Source of the DNA: Callorhinchus milii
Lineage: Eukaryota
Length of the DNA: 54,784 nucleotides
Direction of reading: 5' to 3'
Assembly: GCF_018977255.1 (NCBI RefSeq)
Contig: NW_024705315.1
Location: forward strand, 1-54,784
The notes under the pieces: generated by a model
Told to the model about the DNA's origin: nothing
Databases searched by the model: none
The model's input: the letters and a program-made list of their open reading frames with translations, nothing else
Position numbers and translations under genes: made by a program
Shown here: one piece after another, positions 26,452 to 38,100 of the stretch
How positions within the stretch are numbered: the first letter of the stretch is position 1
Layout: each line of letters opens with the position of its first letter

Positions 26452-26946
26452 CAGAGGTCCCCAACCTCCGGGCCACGGACCGGTATCAGTCTGTGGCATG
26501 TTAGGAACCGAGCAGCACAGCAGGTGAGCGGTGGGCGAGCGAGCGAAGCTTCATCTGTATTTACAGCCGCTCAACGCTCGCATTACTGTCTGAGCTCCGC
26601 CTCCTGTCAGATCAGCGGCGGCATTAGCTTATCATAGGAGCGCGAACCCTACTGTAAACTGCGCATGCGAGGGATCAAGGTTGCACACTCCTTATGAGAA
26701 GTCAGAATCCGACACTTGTTTTTGTCCGCGCATGGCCCGCCCACTTCCGTCTGCGCCTCTTTCCCGCACTGCGCAGTTTTGGTAAGCTCACAAGCGAACC
26801 CTAGCCAAAATGAGTAAAAAACAAACATCGCTGCAGAGCTTCTTTGAAAAGGGAGAAAGACCCAATGGTGACCCCCCCCTCCAGTCCGTGAAAAAATTGT
26901 CTTCCACGAAACCAGTCCCTGGTACCAAAAAGGTTGAGGACCGCTC
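26452..26946 (+). mobile_element. hAT-Charlie (Charlie3/MER1-like) internal-deletion derivative
   Basis: TIRs CAGAGGTCCCCAACC / GGTTGAGGACCGCTC, with near-perfect 8-bp TSD CTCTAAAC/CTCTTAAC. It retains the transposase start MSKKQTSLQSFFEKGERPN (ATG 26810). Both arms resemble the MER1 consensus as I recall it (not searched). Confidence 0.85.
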
Positions 26947-27180
26947 CTCTTAACCACTCACCCTCTAAACCCCAAAACCACTAAAACCATAACCCTTTAC
27001 AACCCTAACCCTCTCATACCATAATAAAGGTTTGTTGGGTTAGATTGTGTAAATATAAATGTGTCGTTAAACCCGCCACCATCCGACAATTAGTGAATCT
27101 TTATTTGAAGCTTTCGTGACTGCAGGAATCCATACTCTTTGGTTCTTTCGGTAAAGTCACGTAGTTAGAAATAAAATAAA

Positions 27181-27223
27181 TCACGACGTTTCGATCACAA
27201 CACAAGCGGTCGTCATCAGGCAA
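27181..27223 (-). ncRNA. Minimal type I hammerhead ribozyme (Penelope pLTR)
   Basis: uugc-CUGAUGA-c-gaccgc-uuguguu-gugauc-GAAA-cGUC-guga on the minus strand. Confidence 0.8.
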
Positions 27224-29660
27224 AGGAGTCAGCCTCTAAAGGCAAACTGTTTATAAGGGTTTGGAATGGGCGTAGCCCAAGTGTATCAACAGAACCGGGA
27301 GCATGGGTGGTGCACAAGTGCCAATGCAGCAACAATGTCAATGCAGTGGGTGAGAGCTGCCGTGGCAAGAGGTTATATAGGTAAGAAAGGGGGGGAGGAG
27401 CAAGGAGGGAGAGAGAGGGGGGGAGTGGGGTAGGGGGATGAGGGGGGGGGCGCTGCGTGAGTGCTAAGGGGAAAGAGGACGTGAAGCTGGGGGGGGGGGA
27501 GTGGGCGGGGCTGCAAGTGGGAGGCTGGGAACCTGGGGATGCAGGGGGAAATTAACTCGAAAAAATAGACGAGTACCCGGCAGATATGATGGAACCATAA
27601 ACAGTAAAGGTTTTACCTGGTTAATAACATCCTTCCAATGATTGCTCAATTTGTATCCATCTTCTCGGTTGAAGTTATGTCTATGTTTATAAATCTGGAT
27701 GGCTTCATGAACAAACCTTTGATAGTAGCCCGAAGGTTTGCAGAGAACCTTGGTCTCTGAAAAAACAATATCATGCGAACCCACAGCGTTATAACAATGG
27801 TCAGCCACGGCAGAGGTATTGGTTCTGCCGTGTTTCAGATCTCCCTTGTGTTCGCGAACACGGTCCGAGACATGTCGTTACGTTTCCTCACTGTAGCTGC
27901 TACCGCAGGTACAAATCAGTTTGTAGATTTCAGATGGGATTAAATCACGGATTAAGAATGTACTCCACTTCGGCCAATCGTTTCCACTATCAACTCACCT
28001 ACCTATAAACTGTTTTCTGTCTGATAACTTGCTTCCATTCATGGGCAAGACTACTTCAACAGTACGTAACAGCTCACTTGGTCTCCCTAATCAAGGGCAT
28101 TTCACTGTCCCCAGATGATTTGCTCGTCAGCTTTGATGTAGTTTCTCTGTTGTTCAAGGTTCCTGTACCTGACACTTTAGAAATAATTGAAGATTTAGTC
28201 CAACATGGACTGAATCTTGATATACCTACTCTGGTTAGGCACTGCCTTACCAACACTTACTTCACCTGGAATGGTACTTTCTACAAACAAAATGAAGGTA
28301 CCCCCATGGGTTCCCCCTTATCACCAGTGATAGCAAATGTTTTCATGGAGAAATTTGAAACAGATGCCATCCAGACATCCACCCTACGTCTTTCCTTGTG
28401 GAAGAGATATGTAGATGACACTTTCGTCATTTGGCCACATGGCCTGCCAGCATTGAATCAATTTCTCAACCACATCAATTCTATACACCCATCCATCAAA
28501 TTCACCATGGTAGTGGAGAAGGATGGTAAGCTACCATTCCTGGATGTTTTGTTTGAGAAGAGACCTGACGGCTTGTTGGGACACTGTCTACAGGAAAGCC
28601 ACCCACACATATTCCTATCTGAAACCTGATTCCCACCACCATCTGGCACAGAATAATTCCCTCATCAAAACACTACACCATAGGGCCCACTGCATTTCCG
28701 ACCAACACCACCTAGCCAGTGAACTGGAACACGTACACCAGGCCCTCAAGATGAATGGGTACTCGGACCGCATTATTCGCATAGCTGTTTCTCCAACCAT
28801 GAACAAACAACCCCCTGAGAAGCTAATCAAAACCATCACGTTACCATACATAGCAGGTGTTACCGAAAAGATTTCCAAAATTTTAAACAAACACAAGATC
28901 TAGGTCCGATTCAATATAGTACACAAAATCCGTGATCTAATCCCATCTGGAGTCTACAAACTGAGCTGTACCTGCAGTAGCAGTTACATTGGGAAACGAA
29001 ACGACATGTCTCGGACCGTGTTCGCGAACACAAGGCCGATCTGAAACACGGCAGAACCAATACCTCTGCCGTGGCTGAACATTGTTATAATGCTGTGGGC
29101 TCGCATGATATTGTTTCTTCCGAGACCAAGGTACTCTGCAAACCTTCGGGCTACTATCAAAGGTTTGGTCATGAAGCCATCCAGATATATAAACATAGAC
29201 ATAACTTTAACCGAGAAGATGGATACAAATTGAGCAATCATTGGAAGGATGTTATTAACCAGGTAAAACCTTAATTGTTCATGGTTGTTCCATCATATCT
29301 GCCGGGTACTCGTCTATTTTTCCGTGTTATTTTCCCCCCGCATCCCCAGCATTCTCAGCCTCCCACTTGCAGCCCCACCCACTTCCCACCCAGCGTCACG
29401 TCCTCTCTCCCCTTAGTGCTCAGGCAGCGCCCCCTCATGCCCCCCCCCTCTCCCTCTCCCCCCTTGCTCCGCTCCTCTTTCTTACCTATATAACATCTTG
29501 CCACAGCAGCTCTCGCCCACTGCATTGGCATTGTTGCTGCATTGGCATTGTTGCTGCATTGGCACTCATGCACTGCCCATGCTCCTGGTGCTGTTGATAC
29601 ACTTGGGCTACGCCCATCCCCACACCCTTATAAACAGTCTGCCTTTAGAGGCTGACTCCT

Positions 29661-29703
29661 TTGCCTGATGACGACCGCTTGTGTTGCGATCGAAACGTCG
29701 TGA
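29661..29703 (+). ncRNA. Minimal type I hammerhead ribozyme (Penelope pLTR)
   Basis: uugc-CUGAUGA-c-gaccgc-uuguguu-gcgauc-GAAA-cGUC-guga. Confidence 0.82.
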
Positions 29704-29879
29704 TTTGTTTTATTTTATTTCTAATTACGTGACTTTACCGAACGAACCAAAGACCAATTAGTAAAGTTCGTCACGTGAACAAAAAGTGCCAATTCGTTTC
29801 TCCTTTCGCACACCGGTGTGTTGGAACTAACCCAAAAAATCTTTATTATGGATAATATTAGTTGTGAAAGTCTGGGTGT

Positions 29880-30622
29880 TAAATCCTCTACACTCCTAAC
29901 CCCTAAACCTCATGACCCTATAAATCTCTAACCCTCAAAACCCTTAAACTTCGAAAACCCAAATCTCCTAAACCCCAAACATCTAAACCCCTAAACTTAT
30001 AACCTTCTAAAATCCAAACCCTCCAAACCAACAAACATCTAACAATCAAAACCCATAAACTCTCTAAACTTCTTAAACACCTAATTCTCTAAACTCATAA
30101 CCTTCTAAACCCTAACCCAATGAACTCCTAACCCTCTAAACCCCTCACCTCTAAGCACCTATACCATAAAACCCTAAACCTCTGAACCCCTAAACTAAAC
30201 CCCTAAAAAACCCTAAACTCTAAAACCTATAACCTTCTAAACTTCTAACCCTCTAAACCACTAAACTTCTACATATCGAAACCCATAAAGCCTCTAAACC
30301 TTTAAACACCTAACTATCTAAATCTCTTAACCCATAATATTCTAAACCCTAACCTTCTAAAACCCTAACCCTCTGAACCCCTAACCCTTGAAGTCCCTAA
30401 ACCCCTAAAACAATATCCATCTAAACACCTAACCCTCTAAACCCCTTACCCTTTAAAACCCTCCCTCTAAACCCTTAAACCCATCATTTAACCTGTCAAC
30501 CCATAAACTCTTAGTCCAATAAATATCGAACCCTCTAAACTTCCAACCCTCTAAACCCATCACCCTTTAAACCCTTAAATCCCTATACCCTAAACCCCTA
30601 ACCCTCTTAAACCACTAACCCT
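29880..30622. repeat. Degenerate telomere-like (CCCTAA) repeat
   Basis: Continuation of the 25525-27019 tract. Confidence 0.8.
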
Positions 30623-30639
30623 CTGTGTGGAGTATGTTG

Positions 30640-32400
30640 GGTAGTGGGTATCACGCTGTGGGTGGGTGCAGGGTGTGTGTGGTGGGTGAGGGTGTGTGTG
30701 GTGGGTGCAGGCTGTGTGTGGTGGATGCGGGGTATCACGGACTGGGTGTGTGCAGGGTGTGTGTGGTGGGTGCAGGGTGTGGGTGGTGGGTGGAGGGTAT
30801 CACAGGTTGGGTGGGTGCAGGGTGTGTGTGGTTGGTGCAGGGAGTGTGTGGTGGATGCAGGGTGTGGGTGGTGGGTGGAGGGTATCACGGACTGGGTGGG
30901 TGCAAGGTGTGGGTGGTGGGTGGGGGGTATCACGGACTGGGTGGGTGCAGGGTGTGTATGGTGGGTGCAGGGTGTGTATGGTGGATGCAGGGTGTGTGTG
31001 GTGGGTGCAGGGTGTGGGTGGTGGGTGGAGGGTATTACAGGGTGGGTGGGTGCAGGGTGAGTGTTGTGAGTGTGGTGAGTGTGGTAAAAGTGATCATGGT
31101 TCACACCGATCCACCACCTCCACCTGGTGAGTGCAGGGTGAGTGTGGTGGGTGCAGGGTGAGTGTGGTGGGTGCAGGGTGAGTGTGGTGGGTGCAGGGTG
31201 AGTGTGGTGGGTGCAGGGTGAGTGTGGTGGGTGCAGGGTGAGTGTGGTGGGTGCAGGGTGAGTGTGGTGGGTGCAGGGTGTGTGTGGTGGGTGCAGGGTG
31301 TGGGTGGTGGGTGGAGGGTATCACAGGTTGGGTGGGTGCAGGGTGTGTGTGGTTGGTGCAGGGAGTGTGGTGGATGCAGGGTGTGGGTGGTGGGTGGAGG
31401 GTATCACGGACTGGGTGGGTGCAAGGTGTGTGTGGTGGGTGCAGGGTGTGGGTGGTGGGTGGAGGGTATCACGGACTGGGTGGGTGCAGGTGTGTGGTGG
31501 GTGCAGGGTGAGTGTGGTGGGTGCAGGGTGAGTGTGGTGGGTGCAGGGTGTGTGTGGTGGGTGCAGGGTGAGTGTGGTGGGTGCAGGGTGAGTGTGGTGG
31601 GTGCAGGGTGAGTGTGGTGGGTGCAGGGTGTGAGTGGTAGATGCAGGGTATCACAGACTGGGTGGGTGCAGGGTGTGTATGGTGGGTGCAGGGTGTGGGT
31701 GGTGGATGCAGGGTGTGTGTGGTGGGTGCAGGCTGTGGGTGGTGGGTGGAGGGTATTACAGGGTGGGTGGGTGCAGGGTGAGTGTTGTGAGTGTGGTGAG
31801 TGTGGTAAAAGTGATCATGGTTCACACCGATCCACCACCTCCACCTGGTGAGTGCAGGGCGAGTGTGGTGGGTGCAGGGTGAGTGTGGTGGGTGCAGGGT
31901 GAGTGTGGTGGGTGCAGGGTGAGTGTGGTGGGTGCAGGGTGAGTGTGGTGGGTGCAGGGTGTGTGTGGTGGGTGCAGGGTGAGTGTGGTGGGTGCAGGGT
32001 GAGTGTGGTGGGTGCAGGGTGAGTGTGGTGGGTGCAGGGTGAGTGTGGTGGGTGCAGGGTGAGTGTGGTGGGTGCAGGGTGAGTGTGGTGGGTGCAGGGT
32101 GAGTGTGGTGGGTGCAGGGTGAGTGTGGTGGGTGCATGGTGAGTGTGGTGGGTGCAGGGTGAGTGTGGTGGGTGCAGGGTGAGTGTGGTGGGTGCAGGGT
32201 GAGTGTGGTGGGTGCGGGGTATCACGGACTGGGTGGGTGCAGGGTGTGGGTGGTGGGTGGAGGATATCACAGGGTGGGTGGGTGCAGGGTGTGGGTGGTG
32301 GGTGGAGGGTATTACAGGGTGGGTGGGTGCAGGGTGAGTGTTGTGAGTGTGGTGAGTGTGGTAAAAGTGATCAGGGTTCACACTGATCCACCACCTCCAC
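30640..32400. repeat. G-rich 20-bp minisatellite (GGTGAGTGTGGTGGGTGCAG)n with higher-order duplications
   Basis: Pure 20-bp runs at 31127-31290 and 31848-32215. The spacer block ...gtaaaagtgatca(t/g)ggttcacac... recurs three times. Confidence 0.93.
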
Positions 32401-32405
32401 CACCC

Positions 32406-33704
32406 CTACTGTGCAGTGGACCGGCCACCACAAAGCAGCACACGTCGGAGGAGTGAGCGGATGGCTCTCCCTATGCGGGCCAGGCTCCTTTGCTTCCTCT
32501 TCTCCTGCTGTACCACCAACTCCTCCACCAGGGTCTCCTGTACCACCAACTCCTCCACCAGCGTCTCCTTCTGTACAACCAACTCCTCCACCAGGGTCTC
32601 CTCCTGTACCACCAACTCCTCCACCAAGGTCTCCTCCTGTACCACCAACTCCTCCACCAACGTCTCCTTCTGTACCACCAACTCCTCCACCAGGGTCTCC
32701 TCCTGTACCACCAACTCCTCCACCAAGGTCTCCTCCTGTACCACCAACTCCTCCACCAGGGTCTCCTGTACCACCAACTCCTCCACCAGGGTCTCCTGTA
32801 CCATCAACTCCTCCACCAAGGTCTCCTGCTGTACCACCAACTCCTCCACCAGCGTCTCCTCCTGTACCACCAACTCCTCCACCAGGGTCTCCTGTACACC
32901 AACTCCTCCACCAGGGTCTCCTCTTGTACCACCAACTCCTCCACCAGGGTCTCCTCCTGTACCACCAACTCCTCCACCAGGGTCTCCTGTACCACCAACT
33001 CCTCCACCAACGTCTCCTTCTGTACCACCAACTCCTCCACCAGGGTCTCCTCCTGTACCACCAACTCCTCCACCAAGGTCTCCTCCTGTACCACCAACTC
33101 CTCCACCAGGGTCTCCTGTACCACCAACTCCTCCACCAGGGTCTCCTGTACCATCAACTCCTCCACCAAGGTCTCCTGCTGTACCACCAACTCCGCCACC
33201 AGCGTCTCCTCCTGTACCACCAACTCCTCCACCAGGGTCTCCTGTACCACCAAGTCCTCCACCAGGGTCTCCTCTTGTACCACCAACTCCTCCACCAGGG
33301 TCTCCTCCTGTACCACCAACTCCTCCACCAGGGTCTCCTGTACCACCAACTCCTCCACCAGGGTCTCCTGTACCATCAACTCCTCCACCAAGGTCTCCTG
33401 CTGTACCACCAACTCCTCCACCAGGGTCTCCTGTACCATCAACTCCTCCACCAAGGTCTCCTGCTGTACCACCAACTCCTCCACCAGGGTCTCCTCAAGT
33501 ACCACCAACTCCTCCACGAGGGTTTCCTGCTGTACCACCAACTCCTCCACCAGCGTCTCCTCAAGTACCACCAACTCCTCTACCAGAGTCTCCTCTTCCT
33601 CCAGCACCACCAGCTCCTCCACCATGGTCTCTTCCTCCACAACCTTCAACTTCTCTTTAGAGGCCTGGGCGAGCAAGGAGGTTGGGCGCTGTGCCGGCTC
33701 CACT
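32406..33704 (-). CDS. Putative terminal exon of the kinase gene: Glu/Val-rich repeat tail ([11 protein letters not shown])n with a basic C-terminal helix
   Basis: Acceptor tctcttcacag|A at 33705/33704 is phase 2, matching the donor at 35007. The frame is open through 30/33-bp repeats except for one missing C at ~32897. It ends [35 protein letters not shown] (32406). Confidence 0.65.
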
Positions 33705-35006
33705 CTGTGAAGAGATGCGCACGACACCGTTCCAACTTCCTGCTCCAGCAGAAATCAGTCCCCTCCATCCCCCCCATCGTCTATGGGTGGACTAACTGTG
33801 TGCCGCAAAAGATTAACCCAGCTAATTACCAGTGCCGCAATAATGCAGCATACCTTTGCCCACCGTGAGTCTGGTTACAAAATGGGCATTAGTCTGGCGG
33901 TGTCTCAGTGGATGAAGGGCAACTTGGGAAAGATGTTGCCGCTTCATTATCTGTCCTCACCCAGAAACCAATTATGGAAAAATAAATCCGTATATAACCG
34001 AATCTACACGTTCTCTTTGGCTGGAACTCACAGCCAGAGAGGACCTGGGTTTGATTCCCATACGTGGGCCACTTTCTCCGTGTGGAATGTGGAGTGTGTT
34101 CTACCAACCACCCTACCCTGCCTGCCCCCCCCCTGCATGGGTTTCCAGAATCAGAATCTTTCTTTAAACTGGATGAAGAGGAGTCTGATGAGCTATGAAG
34201 CTCTTCTTTCACAGATGTCCAGTCAAGTCACAGGGTCAGCAGGTTATAACAACAAACAAAACAAAAGGAGTCCAAAGTATACTAAAAAAATAAAGCGTAT
34301 AAATACAAATGGCATAAGTAAATAAAATCCTGTCAGTTGTTCAACACTAAATGCAAGCTTGGGCAATGCAGCGAAACAGCAACAAAAACAGCCTCACACC
34401 ACACCAAGATAACACAATCCTTCAATAAAATTGCACATTAAAATTTCACTTCCATTCCTCTGGGTTTGGCAACTGAACCCTCACAAACACGCGGTGCAAC
34501 CAGTGTTGGATGGACATCTCCACCAGTGTTGTAAATTGAACCTCCAAATCACTCAATTGGGATCGCACAGCAGCAGCAGCAGTACATTTGTTCTGTACTG
34601 CAAAAAACTTGGCAGGACCCTCCTGAAAAAAGTATTGAGACTGAGTGAGGCTATTGCTGGCTAAATAAGCGTAGAAGTAGTAGCAATAAAGATAAATAGA
34701 TATTAAACACACACAGGAGCAGAGTCGTCCCCCGGGTACGGTGTACGGGGGGTGACCACCCCGGGCCCTGCGCTTTGGGGGGCCCTGCGCTTCGATGTCA
34801 CGGTGTCAGACGTAATACTTCCGTTTAACACGTAGGCTATCGCTCCGGATTGGCTCACAAGTGATGACATCACATTTATCGCTCTATTTTAGACCGAAAG
34901 AGGAGGATTTCTTCGCTATTCGTAAGCCCACACTGTGTAACTTGCCCCAGGCCCCGCACCCCCCTATAGACTGCCTTGACCACTGGACAAGCAGATGGTG
35001 GCTTAC

Positions 35007-35125
35007 CGTCGCTCAGCAGCTCCAGAGCGCTTCCCACTGCCAGGAGCAGCAACCGTGGTGGTGGTGGCTTTGCTGGCCGTGGTGGTGCTGGTGGCCGCGG
35101 TCCGGAGCCAGTTATGAGCCAGCGC
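35007..35125 (-). CDS. Kinase exon segment (ALAHNWLRTAATS...GAAER), downstream half of the exon interrupted by Gypsy
   Basis: Continues subdomain XI (RMTPVQ|ALAHNW). Ends CG|GTAAG (phase 2). Confidence 0.85.
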
Positions 35126-35128
35126 CTG

Positions 35129-38100
35129 TGTAGGGCTGTTATGGAAGGGCTGTTGTACATAGGATTAAACGGCGAACAAACAGGAGTTTTATTGGCTTCG
35201 CGTCTTATTACCGACGCTTCGTCGCAAATTTTGCGACGGTCGCCAAACCCCTACACGCTTTAACATCTAAAGGGGTTCGGTTCCACTGGGGTCGGGATGA
35301 GGAAGCTGCTTTCTGCTCCCTTCGGGACGCCTTGGTGAAAGCTCCTCCCTTGATTTACCCAGATTTTTCGAGGCCGTTTTTGCTCGACACCGACGCGAGC
35401 AACACGGGTATTGGAGGCGTGCTTTCCCAGGTGGTTGACGGCGTGGAACGGGTGGTTGCGTACGGCAGTCGGGTGTTGTCTCCAGCGGAGCAAAGATATT
35501 GTGTCACCCGTAGGGAACTGTTGGCAATTGTCTATTTCATCCAACAGTATCGCCCATATCTGTACGGTCAGCATTTCACCGTCCGTACAGATCATGCGGC
35601 ACTGCAGTACGCCCTGAAGGTTCAACAGCCATCGGGACAATTGTCCCGATGGTTGGAGGTCCTCCAGGATTTCGATTTTGAAACCACCTACCGTAAGGGC
35701 GTTCGCCACACCAACGCGGACGCTCTGTCGCGCATGCCAACCGCCTCCGAATGTGCATGCCTCCTGGGGTCGGGGCGTTGCAGGCCAGCAGGGGACATGC
35801 CGGTTCCAGTCCTGGCGGCCGCCGCCGATGATGAAACATTGCTCCCCGATGATATCGCGGAACAGGGAAGAGATTCCCTGCTTGGGTTGCCCGTTAATGA
35901 ATGGGGGCGCCTCCAGATGGAGGATACCTCCCTCCTCGCGCTGCGTCGTCGCGCCGGGGAGAGGGGGCGTGGGACGGGTGATGCCGACGCATGGGAAATG
36001 CACGCGGGGTTGCTTATGCATTGGGACGGAAAATCCCACCGTCACCGGCTGGTGGTCCCTTCTGGGTTACGGGGTAAGGTGGTGTGGGCTGCTCATGAGC
36101 GCCTCCTCCACCTGGGTACCCAAAAGACCCTCGCCTTGCTCCAGCTTGACTTTTTTTGGCCGGGCATGACACGGGATGTCACGGATCTGTTGGCAGCATG
36201 CCCTCGGTGTGCGCAGCGCAAACCACCAGCACGGGAGTCGAACCCGCCGTTGCAGTCCATCACAGTCTCCAGGGTGAACGAACTTGTAGCGCTGGATATC
36301 CTGGGCCCATTTCCCGCCACCCCTAGGGGCAATAGATATTTGTTAACAGGGGTTGAGTACTTTACGCGCTGGCCTATGGCCTGGCCCCTGGCCAATCAGT
36401 CGGCAGCAGCCATCGTGGACGCCTTTGTCCAAGGCTACGTCATGGACAAAGGTGCTCCGGAGCGGCTGCTGACCGACCAGGGTAAAAAATTTTCCGGGAA
36501 ACTCCTCAAACAGGTCTGTGATCTCCTGGGTACGAAGAAAATTCGTACCTCTCCCTATCACCCGCAAACTGACGGGATGGTCGAGCGTCTGCATCGCACC
36601 ATCACGTCTATGTTGTCGCACCAGGTTTCGGAGTCACAGACCAATTGGGACTTGCAAATTCAAGGGGTCCTGGCAGCATATAGATTGGCCCCCCATGCTG
36701 CGACGGGATTTTCACCCTTCTTTCTCATGTATGGCCGCGAACATGACCCACCTGTTCGGGCACAGCTGCAGATCCCCGCGCCGCTGGGTAAGACAAAATT
36801 GGACGAACACGTTAAATTTAACCTTGAAAAACTGACTGAGGCACGGGATGCTGCCATGCTAAATTCCGACAGGCGTCAAAAGGCGAACGAGCGCCTCAGA
36901 CTGGCACGCGCGCACGTGCTGCAGTGGAAGCCAGGGGACAGGGCATGGCTGCACTGTCCCCAGGTACCACTCGCGACCTCCTCGAAACTGGTGCGGCCGT
37001 GGCGGGGCCCCGTCGAGGTGGTCGAGGTTTTGCGACCTCAGTGCGTTCGTATCAAGTGGGGGAAGCGCCGGTGGTTCGTTCACCCCTCTAGGCTAAAACC
37101 CTTCGTTGCGGTGCGAGGCCCTACTCCACACACGCAGGGCCAAACATGTGGGGGTCGACCGACTCGGAGGGTCCGTCTCTGTTGCTCTCGCCTGACGTCT
37201 TGCCGGCTGTTCCGCCCCCAGGTACATCAGGAATGACGGGCTCGCGCCCAACAACCCACACGGGGGATGCCGAGGGTCTCGCCACTTCAATCGCGGACTC
37301 ACCTCGAAAGGGACAGCTGCCATCGGATGGTCCGCCATCTGGGGTTGGCCCATGTGACGGGCCTGCGGCAAGGACGCGCGCAAAAATGCGCAGACTCTTG
37401 TAATGCACAGAAGACGAGGAAAAAAAAATTTTTTTAGTTTTTTTGAAAATTTTTCTCGTGTTATGGTTACTGGGCGCTGCGTTGGTGGGGCGCTCTTGGC
37501 ACGTTGTTGTTATGGCTGTGTGTGTGTTGTGTGTGTGTTGTGTGTGTGTTGTGTGTGTCTTGTGTGTGTGTTGGTGTGTGTTGTGTGTGCGCTGGGGGTT
37601 CCTGGCGAATGTATATACTTTGCTTTTACGGATTTCGTATTTATTCGGGGGGGGGGGGGCGCGTCGGTTTATTCTCCCTTCGGGGGTATGGTTATTGTTG
37701 TTGTTCCATTCGCGTTCTGTTGAAAAAAAAAATGAGGCACACACGAGGGTCAAGGGGTAAAGGTACCTTTATTGAATTGTTGCAGCCGGGACGGCTGCGA
37801 GCTGTGCAGGGGGGGTGATGTAGGGCTGTTATGGAAGGGCTGTTTGTACATAGGATTAAACGGCGAACAAACACAGTGGGCGGAGCTCCGGGAGTACACG
37901 GGGGGGGTGCCCGCAACGACGTCCGCATCGGGCAGCCTGGGGGTAGGGCTGCCCGGGGTTGTGATCCGGGGGGGGGGATATAAAAGGGGATGACAGAGAG
38001 AGCTCGGGGCTCAGTATTAGAACGAAGAAGGGAAGACTGAAGACCCGGGTAGCTAGAGCCCTGGACTCCCCTGAGACGCCGCCCTTGTCAGGGCCGCGCA

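Larger units (their letters stand above)
25525..27019. repeat. Degenerate telomere-like (CCCTAA/CTAAACC) interstitial repeat
   Basis: Dense aaccctctaaacccct-type units. The tract continues at 29880-30622 beyond the Penelope insertion. Confidence 0.8.
27095..29754 (+). mobile_element. Penelope-like retroelement (RT + GIY-YIG endonuclease), 5'-truncated with an inverted 3' duplication
   Basis: The plus arm ~27952-29754 encodes PLRPIVS, SFDVVSL, GTPMGSPLSP, YVDD, LPFLDV, then GVY..CTC..YIG and NREDG, with frameshifts and stops. The minus arm 27095-~27951 is an inverted copy of the GIY-YIG end plus pLTR. TSD CAATTAGT is at 27087-27094 and 29755-29762. Confidence 0.93.

Noticed and set aside
25525..30622. 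True telomere, or telomere-targeted endonuclease-less Penelope
   Set aside because: The repeats are highly degenerate and interstitial. The element encodes a GIY-YIG domain and inserted within the TIR element, with a TSD.
32411..33868. Plus-strand Pro-rich (PPTPPPGSP), Thr/Ser-rich and His/Gln-rich ORFs
   Set aside because: These are alternative frames of the same repeat. Only the minus-strand Glu/Val frame has a phase-compatible acceptor linking it to the kinase.
34720..34978. Possible Harbinger/hAT-type MITE (cagagtcgtc...gactgccttg)
   Set aside because: The termini are too degenerate and no TSD could be confirmed.
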